From: Phoronis australis
Taxonomy: Eukaryota > Animalia > Phoronida
Assembly (NCBI GenBank): GCA_002633005.1
Contig: NMRA01000182.1
Coordinates: forward strand, 195,077 to 259,076
DNA length: 64,000 nucleotides
Direction of reading: 5' to 3'
Shown here: piece by piece, positions 37,587 to 50,800 of the stretch
How positions within the stretch are numbered: position 1 is the stretch's first letter
How the letters are laid out: each line of letters begins with the position of its first letter
The notes under the pieces: model-generated
What the model was told of the DNA's origin: nothing
The model's database searches: none
Seen by the model: the letters and a program-made list of their open reading frames with translations, nothing else
Program-made: the position numbers and the translations under genes

Positions 37587-37674
37587 ACAACAAAGGCTGA
37601 TTAATATGCATAATTACAACAAAGGCTGATTAATATGCATAATTACAACAAAGGCTGATTAATACGCATAATTA
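37587..37674. repeat. 29-bp tandem repeat, 3 copies
   Basis: ACAACAAAGGCTGATTAATA(T/C)GCATAATT at 37587, 37616 and 37645. Confidence 0.93.
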
Positions 37675-38953
37675 TACAAACCTAGGCAAATATCCAGAAT
37701 CCATAGGGGATAATAAAACAATTATATCCTCAGCCAGGACCATAACTGATTCGTTAAACTGAGCTTAGTTTCACAGTCCAATTGGGCCAGTTGTATGGCA
37801 AAGAGCAGGGTTCACTGGCCTTGTATGTCAATTTCAAAAGGTCTATTAATGTGTGAACAATGTCCATAATTTACAACGGTCCACAAAATTTTAAACCACT
37901 GTGTCAACTAGTTACCCCCTCCAAGTCCAAAATGCAAAAATGTGAATTCAAGGAATCCCCCACCTTTAAAACACATTACTTTGGTTCATGTCAAAAAGTG
38001 GTACGCTGTGGGTTCTTTTTCTTTAATACATATTTCAAATTATACACTTGGATCAAATGGAGTTTAGTGATCGGCTCAACATGTTGATTTACTACCACTA
38101 ACTCTGATAATTTATTCAAGATTGAAGCCAGCAACTTTTGCCTGTTCTAAGTACTGAGTGGGACTTTGAAATGGACTTCTTCAACTGAGAACTTTTGACC
38201 ATTTTGGTGATACAAATTCAAGATTTTTACTTATTTTTGTACCATACGTTCTTCACAAATACTTTAGACACTGAGCAAAGCCTTCCCAACATGCTCATTG
38301 TGGAGCATGTTGGGTAGTCTGTGAGGATAAAGGTAATTTGTGATTGCACCAATGTTAAAAAATGGAACTCCTATTTAAGCAGAGAAAACACAATACAACA
38401 CCTAATACTACACTTTCAACACCAAACACCAGCCTAAATAAACTTTGGAAACTAAATCAAACAAGCTAACATTTACCCAACAACAAAGAAAACTCAAGTT
38501 GCACAACAACCAACTGATCCAAAGGTGAACGGGATTTCACAACACACCAGTTTACCTGTGTCCCGTCTAGGTCAGCATGTGGTGGAATGATGATTGTGGT
38601 GACATGTATTGAGCAATAAGACATAAATAGTGCAAAGGAGCATGAGTAGTTTAAAGTTACAAAACAGATATCAACAAAGACACCATAGCTTAATTTAAAA
38701 ATTACAGTAAGTAAAGACTGGAGTTTTAAGTGGCTCAGTACTAGTGCTAAACCTTCACTGTGTGTTTGCATTAAATAATCTCAACCAGTGTGCAGTCATT
38801 ATTAACAGAGAGTGTCTAAAGTGATTCAAACAGATGACTGACAGAACAGGACAAGACACCGAGTGATGCACAGAACAAAACTTTTACTTTAATTTCATAT
38901 TTGCACTGTCCTCATATCAGACACTAGAATCAGTCAAACCAGCCCAAAGCTAC

Positions 38954-39039
38954 CTGTTGTTCTCAAGGTTCCTGGAGTCAGGCTCTGGGTCGTGCTTTTC
39001 ATCATCTCGATCATTCAAGTCAGTACTGGCAGCAGGATC
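38954..39039 (-). CDS. Proprotein convertase exon 5 (DPAASTDLNDRDDEKHDPEPDSRNLENN)
   Basis: tag/gtagc boundaries. ASxDxND..DPxP motif with consistent phases. Confidence 0.9.
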
Positions 39040-39248
39040 CTACAATGCAGCAAGAAACATGTTAATGACCCAACAAGTCTATGAAGACTGAAAATATTTC
39101 CCACAATACACCAGAAACGTAACGTTAAACTTAAACACATAATAATATAACAATCAAGTAACATACACTCCCCTCAAACGGTCCAGTCTCAAATTAAGTA
39201 TGATAATCCCAGACCACATAATGTTTGAAGACCCTGAACCCAACTTAC

Positions 39249-39395
39249 ATAGTTCCTCTTGAGATCTGGGTGTTTATGATCAATACCATCATCTAAAGTG
39301 GTGACAACCACCCCCTCTCCTGTGAACCCTTTCTTCCAGGCAGGTACCACGTTCACATCAAGCCCTGGTTTACCACCAGCTTGGCCATTGTTTTC
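39249..39395 (-). CDS. Proprotein convertase exon 4: catalytic Asp (DVNVVPAWKKGFTGEGVVVTTLDDGIDHKHPDLKRNY)
   Basis: cag/gtaagt boundaries. LDDG..HPDL..NY motif. Confidence 0.95.
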
Positions 39396-40088
39396 CTGAA
39401 ATACCGGATAAGTCAGTAAAGCTATGTAAAACTTCTGTAAGAAGGTTTACACAGAACACTCGTACATCATTGTACAACAGTAGAAATAAGGAAACATTTT
39501 TAAATACCAATATCACAATTGGCTGTTTTGTTGTTTTAATTTCTTAAGATCAAATCCATAAAACAAATGATATTTACATTTAAATTTCGTGTACAAAATA
39601 AAAATTAATTAGGACCTAAGTGTGTGCACAAACAAGACATCGACACCCAATGATCGCACATTTCTGTGCCTTATAAACGTGTAAGCCCATACAACTTGTA
39701 TCTGGGATCAAAAGCGCATGCCACCAACTCCACACTTTTATGGGGTCACCTCAGTATGCTAATATTGTACAAGCTACTGATGTAAGACCCAGACTGTACT
39801 CATTGTTGCCACAGCCTCAAAAGACAGACTAATCCAAGCTGTCTGTTCATGATGTCAGGTGGTTCCAATCTACAAGGACGTCTGTTTACATAACACATTG
39901 CTTGTGGCCTATCACATTTGTCAGAGGGGGTTCCTCTAGCATGCATGTGACTTCTCATCTAAAGATCTAAATTGCCTGACATTACATAACCACCACTAGC
40001 TTGTTGTTTCCACACCTTGAAAATAGTCAGAAATAAATCATAAGTTATTTGTTTATGGCCTCCTGATTAAGTCAAATAAATCTCTTAC

Positions 40089-40295
40089 CAGATACCACTG
40101 GTCCTTGTAATAGGGGTCCTTAAATTTCATAGGGTTCGACTCAGATGGGATGCCATCCTTCTTGAGGCCTGTTTGCTCGAACCGTTGGAACACTGATTTA
40201 TCTTCATAATACTCAGAGTCCAACTCAGACTGTTTGTCGTGAACAATTTCTCGCTTCTCCCGGATGAGGATTTTCTCTTGTTCAGCATTTTTCAC
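40089..40295 (-). CDS. Proprotein convertase exon 3: prodomain cleavage site REKR and start of catalytic domain (FKDPYYKDQWYL)
   Basis: cag/gtaaga boundaries, 207 nt. Confidence 0.92.
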
Positions 40296-42822
40296 CTGCA
40301 CACGATGAAGTACACAAAACATTTATTTACATGAACAAAATTTTTGATAAAATTTCCACTGAAAATTTTGGATTTCAAATAACTACGAGTTTCAAACATT
40401 AACAATACAGATAATCAAACCAGTTGTTTTAAAATTGAGAAACCCACTTGAAAGTACTATAGTCAACCAGCCATTGTCAGATAGAGATGGTTTATTTTTA
40501 GTTTTCAGATGCATAAAGAGGAGTTATCACATGAGAATTATCTGACATTAAGGCACTAGTGCTTACAACATATTGAAAATCATTTACGTGCTTTGGAATT
40601 GGAGAAACTTCAAAACTATGAGTTGAAACACATCTGTGCCAAAACATAGAAATGGTACAGACATTTTAAGCAAAGTAATGGTACAAACACTTAAATAAAA
40701 CCTGAATATGTCAAACCAAATTCAACTTTTTTATTATAACCAGTCACAATCAATAAAATACGATAATAAATGGTAGCCAGAACACCACCTGGTGTGTATT
40801 AATGACACTATGGTATTTCTTCACTTATTTAGCACACACTATGGCCGATAAGTGAATTCCTATTTTGTCAAATATTTCCACGGCAATAAAGACAAAGAAA
40901 ATTTCTGTTTATAACTAGTATGGTAAGCACTGCGCAGATGTCATAAAACAACATTTTGTAAACTTTGCATTACTTGCAGCAAAGGAAATGGCTTTTGAAA
41001 AATAGAGAAATTACAATTTTGGCAATTATTTTTGTCCAAAATATGTAGAGAATTACCGTATGCTCATTTACAGCATCTATTCAATAGAAAAGCAAATATA
41101 AACAAAGAATCAACTACTTCTGACAAAAGCTTTTTACATACATAAATTTACCATTAGGAATTACTTAAAAACAAGTTATCAAATTTACCTTTTTATGTAT
41201 GCATCAGGAGCATAGATTAGTGGGACATAACTCAATCAATCAAAAGTCAAGGAAGTGTCACATGGATAGGCCTATGTAAACTTCTTGTTTGAAATGTTAC
41301 TTTGACACATAGGATTGTGGGATACTGATCACCCAAAGCAGCACCAAGCAGTAGGTATAGAATACACTATGGTATCCCACAATCCTTTGTGTAAATGATG
41401 TTTCACACTATCCATAAAAATGTCTATGGTGGGCCACCTTCTAACCTGATGCAGTTTATGAGAGCTACTAATATGCTTATGCAAATTAACCTGTGTTATT
41501 GATTACAAAGTCATGGAACAGCGACTCGCGTTTGACGTCAAGAAGAAAACCTATCCTACCATATGCTTCCTTGAGCTCACCAATGAAAATACCTGCTTAA
41601 CAATAAACAGGGAACATAACAACCAAAAATAAATGTCATTGCCATTACTTCACTATTTATCAAAGTAAAAGCAGTTTAGTCTACACTGAAAGGCCATTGT
41701 TGGCTATCAAAACAACCTAAACCTGATGTGTTGTCACAGTTGGATGGTTTTAACATCAATAGAGTAAAGACAAATATGGCTGTTTCATGATATCAATTTT
41801 CACGTAGGACTGAGCGACATAACATCATGTTATACCAGAAACTTGAAACATTCCATAAGCGTGTAGCTCCACTGCTATGGAGCTTAAGAAATGCATTCTA
41901 AATTAGGAACGTTGAGCTACCAACACACCACGGCATGCAATCAATTCTACCCGAGGCAATGAAAAGTAGAGTCTTGTTTTTCAAACATAAAAATGCACCT
42001 GGTATCTGGTGAAGTAAATCAAAGCTGCTTATTCATTATCTTTCTAAACTCCTAACATGAATTCTCATAAATTTACGACACAATGTGGCGGAAAAATGAA
42101 ATTTTAGAGATTCAATTCAAGTACATTGCCTTCTGCACCATATTTACTGTTGAGACAGTTTTTGAACATAGCCGACATTTAGAACAAAGTTGAAAGACTT
42201 CGCAAAATAAAATACATAAACTTTGACAATTATTTTTAATGGTATGTGAAATCGGTAAGATTTTACACTAACAGCTGGATCTAGAATACAAAACTCCACT
42301 GTGTACCAACATATAAGCAGGGGGTCATTTTATAACAGACTTATTATATAATTTTGCTCACCTCAAAAAACAGTGATTGAACATTCAAATTAAAATGAAA
42401 CAAAACGTCTTGATATTATGAAAATTTTATGCTAATGAAAAGATAAATGGTCTGGTATCAATGAAATGAAATAACATAAACCAAAAGATAAACAAATCGG
42501 AACATTGATTATATGTCTGTGGGGGGAGGTAATCTTCAAATTTCATTTATTGATCACTTTCCAATATTGAGAATAGGTGTTCCATTGGCAATTATTTAAC
42601 CAACACTGAATAAAATAAAATGAAAAGAAATTTCTTAAAAAATCTTTAAACATAGCCTTAGAGTAAAACTATGAAATTTACGACCAACTGTCAGTGGCAC
42701 GAGTGACTATTAAGATAAGACAACATAAGTGCATGGTAAAACATACCATACTAATGTTCTTCAAAACCTCATTAAAAAATAAGGAAACTAGAAAAAGCAT
42801 ATGAACCATAAAAACCACATAC

Positions 42823-42933
42823 CATGGGATGGCTATTCAACAAGTCAATAAAGTCCTCTGCTCTCCGCTTTGACCTGACAGACATGGTGTCATGTCTCAA
42901 GGTGTACACATGTCCAAATGAAGGGAGATGGAG
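42823..42933 (-). CDS. Proprotein convertase exon 2, prodomain (..RHDTMSVRSKRRAEDFIDLLNSHPM)
   Basis: cag/gtatg boundaries. Secondary prodomain site RSKRR. Phase 0 at both ends. Confidence 0.88.
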
Positions 42934-43321
42934 CTGAAGAAAGAGAAGACAGTCACGTTATGTAACAGCCAACTGACCCAAGATAAGATTCTACAAAGCA
43001 TGTAGCAAATACAATTGTGGCTTTTAACAGCATTTTTTAACAAAAACAAAGACGCAAACACACCAACTTCAACACAAAAAATTGAATTAATGTTAGAATA
43101 TAAAATTCAGTTGTTTTTTGAAATCTTACAGCTTCAGTACCACAAAATGGTAACACTGACTGAATCATCATTGACAATTACCATTTTAAGTAAATAATAA
43201 TAACAACCATGTTCACAAGCACTAAACTTCTGGTGCAAATACAAAAATTTAAACAACTCAATTGCCTTGAGTTTGAAACACAAAAATCCATGGTGCTGTA
43301 TATAGCCTTCAACTACCGTAC

Positions 43322-43510
43322 CTGGTCAAGAACTCGGAAGCCATGAGCATTGGCAACAGATCGAGCAACAATGTCCGCTTCGCTTTTCTCGGCGTCAATT
43401 TCAATGGTGAAGTCATTCGTATAATGGTGAGATTCATAGGCCGCAGGGAATGTATGAACACTGAGGGCGACCAGGAACAGAATGAACAGAATGTGTGTAA
43501 TGGAATCCAT
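43322..43510 (-). CDS. Proprotein convertase first coding exon: signal peptide plus prodomain (MDSITHILFILFLVALSVHT..YTNDFTIEI..ANAHGF)
   Basis: ACCATGG start just after a cag acceptor. Hydrophobic signal peptide, YTNxFxxEI..A..A..HGF prodomain pattern, gtacgg donor. Confidence 0.88.
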
Positions 43511-46500
43511 GGTTATCCTGGAAGAAAGCATATCAAAAGATAAGTAAGACATTTTCATAAGCTGAACTAAAACAAAAGGCTGTGTAAGTGCCAATTGTTA
43601 TTTACAAAAGACTGTGGATGAAATAAAGCTAATTGATCATCAAAAACACAGGCTTGGGATACATCTGCCTTAGAAGCAACACCGAAACTACACATGACTC
43701 AAGTGTTACTCAAAAGGGATGTTGAATCCACAAATCAACTTCTAACCACAGATCTAACATACGTTAAGTTGACTGAAGTTAACAAAGACAATCTGCTCCC
43801 TGGTGCATCTAATGTATCACTCAAAGTTAAACTAAACAGGAATGATACAACATCCTCTTTCCTACAAGAAGTTATGAACACAAAGACAGACAGAATTCTC
43901 TTTTATCATTCAGCTCCACAAAAGACCTTAGAGTTCACTGACAATAAGCGCCAAGATAACAGCATAGAGCCATGCTGTCAACAGGAGACATTTTGGTTCT
44001 TTACTGCTAAAAATTTAGCTATAATTAAATGTAAATACTTGTCCATGTGCTGTTCAGTGTTCACATGACACTGCATGCCTGGTGATGAATAAGATGGCAA
44101 GAATTTATTGTGATGGGCCTGAGTGTAGATGGTTAGTAAATCACCACATGTTATCAGAATGGTGCCTTGTGAAGTCCACGCCCACACTGGAACTCAATAT
44201 CTTAATGAGGGGAAGGTTGGAGTAAAAGTATTTCACAGAAAGATTGCGAACTGTTGGTCAGTACATATCTCAACCCACGCATGAACTAGACAAAAATAGC
44301 AACCAGAAGAGTACCCAGGGACAACAAAATTTGTAGATTTTTAACTCAGTGAAATCATATATTTTTGTGAAAGTAGAAAGACCGCAGAATTATTAATTGG
44401 GTCACGTGATCATCTCATTTTTGTAAAATTTACCAAACAAGAAAGGTACATTGATAACAAAACAATAATATCAATAACATGACCAACTTTTACATCATAA
44501 AAATATTTCTGACTAAAACTCAAAAACGCTGTAACAGTTTTCTAAATTATTATTTCGTTTTGTGCAACTTGTGAGTTTTTCATGATAGCCCCTCTTGAGC
44601 AAAACATGGCCATTTTAATTTAAAACCAACCACTCCTAATACGGTTTTGGGGGACAGCGCATAAAACATTATATTTGAAAGATTCATGAATCATTTTTCA
44701 GATATAATGTTCCAAAGTTAGCCAAATTTGGACATTTTCATAGGGTCCTACATATCCCTAAAGATTTCCCTTAAGTCATAAAAACTTAGGATTTCATAAC
44801 AGTACTTAAAGGCGAAGGCAACCTCTTTTCAAGTCCTTTTTAGCAAAATTAAGGTTCGTTGGTTATCCCAGACATATTTTCCCCTTAATTATAGCTTTTC
44901 GTAATTTGATTAATTATTCGTTCTCTACTCCGGAAGTGACGTTTTGGGAGGCAAGAATATCCCGCCTATTTCTTTTTGTACAGTCTGAACCTGAGGTTAA
45001 CAAAGTATGCGACTAACCAGTGAAGCAAGTGATTTCCAAAAACAATTCCAAGTGCATTTTAGAATATAAATCAATACTACAATACCTTTATAACTAACTT
45101 AATACAACTAGGATTTACATCATTTGTCTCTTAATTGGACTGGCTGCTGCTTGAAGTCTTCATTGTTTTGTTTACATCAAAGGTAAAAGGTCACAATTTT
45201 CCATGTAAGGGAAATGTTCTATGTATATGTCGCACAGTCTTGCCATACCAAATACGGAGACATGTTTTGCCTTGTAGGAGAAGAATCAGCGAAGGCATGA
45301 GCATCATCTTTTTAAATGTTAAACAAAAAGAAAAATGCTTTGACATCAACACAAATTCAAAATGTACAAAAAACCAGTGAAAATTCTAGCAAACAGGTTG
45401 AATCCTGTCTCAGAGGCAATGAACCACACTGAATAATGCAATAAGTTTAGTCTGTTTTTGGCGTTCCAAAACTCTTTAAATTAGAACATCTCAATGTTTA
45501 AGAATGTTAATTTATTCCTAATTCATTTCAAAATTAGCATACTTATACAATTAAAAAACACAAAAACGGGAAAATGCACACTTTCTAAACAAAAACTACT
45601 TTTTATTTGATTTTGTCCTGTAACTTAGTTCTTTTCCAGACATGGCCAGTATCTGTGTACATAAAAAATACTAATGAAAATAAAAATAATCATTAAAACT
45701 TATGAAGATAAAGCAAACTTTAGGCATGATGAAACAATGTAACACCTAAATTAACATTTCACCCAATCAACCCCCATCGTACAGGACAAAAATTCCACGC
45801 TAGTTCATTTAGCTGCAGAAACTACAGGAAACTAATTAAGAAGGAATTAAAATTTCATTAGATAAGTTTTCCATCATTATATATATGTAAAATGAATAGC
45901 TACTACCCCTACTCTTGATTTTTCCACATTACCTGAGCTGGCTGAAAAGTCTTTCATTGGAACTTTTTAGGAACGAAAATCACCGAAAATGATAAGGGAA
46001 TTTTGAAATCAAGTTGTGCTGTTCTCGGCCTATTTCATGAGTCAGTATCAAATAAACCAATTTTAGCTATTTAAATGACATGCTGGACATCATTAGAATT
46101 TTGCTATTTATGCAGCCAAATTTTATAGGGCGATTTTGAGTATTCACACGACAAATTGACCCAATAAGCTGATTTTAGCTACGTGCCACACTGCATTCCT
46201 GCTCTCACTGGTCGATATTTGTAACAGGATTTTCGCTATTCAGCTGAAAAACATTTCAAAGTTACTAACGGTCAATAATACGTCATAGCCTTATCACGCA
46301 AAAAGACTAAATTAGTGGACTTAAGTCTCAATTCAAATCTAAGTAGGTCTTCTATTAAGCAGGGATGTCACAACATTTCTGGCCTACTAGCAGACAATCC
46401 TGCAGACCAGTAGACACCAGAACCATGGTATGAACTCGCACACCCATGCCGTAAACTCTACACACATGCCAGGGCCAAGTTCCTCACACTTACATGGGTT

Positions 46501-47160
46501 CCACATTTTGAGAACCAATTTTCTCCACTGGATACAGGTAACAAACTGGCTCTCAAAATTTGTTAACCCTTTACTAGTAAGTGACTATTGCAAGACCAAT
46601 TTATTTGGCAGACAAGCTTGAGAAACAAACAAATTAATCATGGAAGGCGAATAACAAAAACCAGCTTATTTGCCCCCAACTTGGTCAGCTGGTCAGGTAA
46701 AACTGTATAATCTTGCATTTTCAGTGTGATATTTGCCTAATCAGTCAGATGGGTGGGTCTCTGACTTAAAAGTGATTTGATAACCAGTTACCCCATTCAG
46801 TAACGTGCTATCCTGTGGGACGCGGGAGTAATGGGTCCTCAAATCATTTCTAAATGAGGGACCTACCAACTGCAGCTATTACCGCCGCCAAATCAATGTA
46901 TTGAGATTTATCTATAGCCATAATTTACTTTTAGTTAAACAGTTGCAATAGTACAAGACATAATCTTATTTAAACAGAACAATGTGCTTACTTCCAAGCG
47001 ACACGTTGCCTTCTAACAAGGCACTGAACAGAACGGCAACGACTCCAAATTGGTGATTGACGAAATGACGATGACCACAAAAGAACGCAACAGAAAACAT
47101 CTAGGACACAATGTGGAGAATTGAGACAAACCTCAGCTTAAGCTGTTAAAGAGTACTTAC

Positions 47161-47500
47161 CACGATATCACAGTCGGTTGATGTATTATGCCCAGATACT
47201 CTTCTGTATGGAGTTGGAGATTCACTAGTTCAACGTCAAATGGAAAGCGGAACGAAAAGTTTCGACAGTGCTCACTCGAGCGTGAAAATATGCGCAATTT
47301 CTCACACAAAAAGCATAATAATGGCTACAAATTTTTGTAAAATAAAAAAATGCAACTCGGTGAATAGCCGAACCAAAATAAACTATATAACCATACTCTT
47401 TAATAACTTTAAACTCTGTCAATATGTCACACCTGCCGAGCTGACTAACTTTCAACTTCAAACATCCGGGTGACTTCCAGTAGTACGCAGGCGACGTCTT
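47161..47500 (-). promoter_or_regulatory. Putative non-coding first exon and promoter of the convertase gene
   Basis: Strong donor GTG|gtaagt at 47161/47160. ETS-like ACATCCGGGTGACTTCC near 47462. CpG-richer stretch. The upstream limit is a guess. Confidence 0.35.
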
Positions 47501-48510
47501 GTGTCGAACTGAGTAATTAAATTTTCTGAGGGGTGCTCAGGCAGGTTATTAATAAATCAAAATATGTCAGAATGTGTAAGTCAGGACGTTGCGATGATGC
47601 ATTTTAAAGGTGCATGTACCAATATTTTCAAAATAGACATACTTCGACAGAAATCTTCCTCGTTTTATCATAATAGGATAAACTTCTTGCGGGAATTATT
47701 TGGTAATTTAGTCGAACTTTAGTGGGACTTGAATGTGACATTGTGTCTAATTAGTCGCTAATTGTTAATAAAATGGACTTACTTAATAAGAAGTCGCGAT
47801 TTCGATTACCTACATGGAGCAACTTCTGTCGATTTTGTTGAGATATAGCTAGAATTGAAATGGATTCTACAATGAATATTTAGCAACGGTTTTGTGCACC
47901 GATACCCAAATTTGACTACTTAGTCCAGTTTATTTCGAAAAGAACTGTATGCTAGTACCTTTTTTAACAATATGCTGTATTGTAACTTGTTGCATGCTTG
48001 AGAAAATAAAAAATAGACCAGTTCATGCAGATGTCACGTATTGTCACATAAAAAGCCAAACATTTCACGAAAGTCGGGTGCAGGAGTCAAAAAGCTGGCG
48101 TTAGTGTTGGTGCCCAGGGATCGAAAAGCACGGTGGTCACCGCAATAACTCGACCCTCATCAAATGCAGGTGTAGTGGGGCTTATAAGGAATAGGACAAA
48201 TGGAAACAAATAAAGGTGATGAATGTTCTGGAAAAAAGTAAGTTTTTAGTGACAAGGGCAGGGGGGTTGTCATGGCAACGGGTCTACTGAGAAAGGGTCT
48301 GAGGGGGGTAGGGTGAAACTGGTGAGAAACTTTCCCACCGGGGTGTAAAGTAATAGGCTTGTAAATATTGCGCGTAACAATACAACGGAGAGACAGGTGT
48401 ATAACTTTGGTGTGGACAACTTCTTGGTTGATGGTAAGTTTGATTTTCGCCATGTCCAACTGTATGATAAGGTCACGTTTTTGAAAAAAGGTGTATGAAT
48501 TCGGGGTCAC

Positions 48511-48949
48511 CAGTGTCCGGTTACATGAAACAGTCCCAAATAGGGACTCAACTAAGGTCCCTAAGTCTACTGCGTATTTGCGGGCTTGTGAAAACACTGG
48601 TTGTCCTACCTTATGCTGTTTGAATATCATTACTATGCCAATTTTTGCCTTTGATACAAATCGAGAGTGAAATCTAGATTGAATTCTAAATATTATTGAA
48701 AATAAGTGGAGATCTTTTCATGCAACGCCCCAATTTAAGGAGTAAGTCCCTAACTGTTTTGATTGAATTTAATGCTCAGTTTTTAGTTATATTATTAGAA
48801 AATGTCATTATTCAAAGAAGAGCTCATAATAAAGATGAAATTATAGAAAAAATATTACACCTGTGTCTAAAGAACGAAAAAAATACGAAAACGATTTAGG
48901 GACCTTAGTAGAGTCCCTATTTGGGACTGTTTCATGCAACCTAGCACAG
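48511..48949. mobile_element. MITE with near-perfect ~50-bp terminal inverted repeats
   Basis: GGTTACATGAAACAGTCCCAAATAGGGACTCAACTAAGGTCCCTAAGTC (from 48519) versus the reverse complement of ~48893-48941, GGTTGCATGAAACAGTCCCAAATAGGGACTCTACTAAGGTCCCTAAATC: 3 mismatches. No target-site duplication resolved. Confidence 0.75.
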
Positions 48950-50800
48950 AATCCTACTGAAGTACGTGTTTCAACAAGTTCTATATGTGATAAGGTCACT
49001 TTTCTCAGACCTACGCACGTTAAGCGTCTAGGGTAAGGTTTTGACTGGAAGGGACAGGGGATATTTTAATGAATTTCATGCTATTAAGGTCCACGGTTTG
49101 GGAATGCAATTAGGGTCATATTTTGAATTGTTGCACTTCGAAATGGCTGTTTAGGGGTCCTGTTATACAACTTTACGGGCTTTTTCGGTACTTCTTGAAA
49201 TTTACGTTCCCAAGTATGGCGACTCCCGCCTCCTACTAGCCAGAAGGCATTGCTGTGACGTTTTTGCCGGGTGAATGCTTTTTCTTCTGCCAGACTATGC
49301 TTATAGATCGTGTACAAGTTTGCTCGTCTTTGCTCAAATTCAGTCAACCCTGACTGTTTTTTGCCTAGATTCGACACACATAAGGTCTTCGCTTACAGAC
49401 GTTGGTTTACCTAATCAGTGGTATGGCAGAGCAGCCATTCATCAATGTGTTGACAGTCACCATGTCTATTTATTGTATAGCAATATCATTTCGTGTATAG
49501 TATATCAAATTCACCAATCAAATCGCACTGTTAATGAGTGCTGTTCAGATAACATTTACGTGTTGTTGATTTTTAAAATGGTTAGAATTTTTCATATTTC
49601 CTTTCTGAACTTAAAGCAATTTTGTTTCTCTACAAAAACGAGCCATTTCCAGAGTAGCAGAAACAGAGGCATTAAATTCCCATTTTGCATAGATATGGAC
49701 CAGAACTTTTAAGTCAAAGACTTTTTTAAAAATTTATGTTCAAATGGAATTTGGAAACTTCAGAAAAATATTTTTTTAAGATGGAACGGTTAACTCTGGG
49801 TCACACTCCGGGTCCCATTCAATGACAGATTTCGATTTCATATGCATATTATCTGGCGAAATTAAAACACTTTCTTGCTCTTTTCTTTGCTACACCTCAC
49901 TATTAAGCCTGATTGACTCAATGTGCTGCACATTGCAAAGTGAGTGTCAAGAGTTCCCACATAGGCAGTATTCACACTCTCTCTATCTGCAGTTGATTTC
50001 TGTAATTGAGTTGGTATACCCTGAAACAAATTACATAACCTAGCCGCTTTAATTGGTAGGGCACAACTTTCAATTTTGAAATTGGAGGTCAATTTCAATA
50101 TGTTTTTGTAATTCCTGGAGAAAAATAATAAAAAAGCATACCAGCACACTAATGACTTTTTCTCATTTTTGACTTTTTGAGAGCCATTACATAAATAGGG
50201 AAAGTTGCAAATCATTTAATACACACAACATAGCATAAACCATTCACATGGCCTAACAATAGTTAATGTCTCTCTGATGCAGCGCATGTGATGATGCACG
50301 AATGAACAGCGTAAATCTTGCTCTGAAAAAACCAATAATGTGTGTTTGCCCACACATGTATTTGTGGGTGTGCAATAATCAAACAACAAGTTAAGGAAGA
50401 TGTGATATTTACAACAACCATTTAAAAAGATGGATAACATTCCACCTCTTAATGTATAGGGGTATTTCTTAGGAAGAGATACAAGACTTAATGAATGACA
50501 ACAACGTCTATATGCAAGGAAAGGTTTTCTTTGCTAGGACACGGAACAAATGTGAAAGCTAATTCCCCACAGCTGAAGACATGTCATGACTGTGGTCAAA
50601 CACTCAGCTCCTCATCTTTAAAGCATTCCCAATAACTGAAGATGCATCTTGGCTGTGCTCAGACACTCAGTTCTTAAAGCATTCCTATCACCAGAAACCC
50701 AATTCTGGCTACACTAACATGCTGAGATGCTCATCATCAGCTGGAACACTCTAAGTGCCAGACAACACGGCACGGCTGAACTCAGACCCCGTCTCTTACT

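Noticed and set aside
12072-43510. Idea that PORCN and the convertase form a functional secretory-pathway cluster
   Set aside because: Adjacency alone is weak evidence in animal genomes. They are convergent, 17 kb apart, and show no shared regulatory signal.
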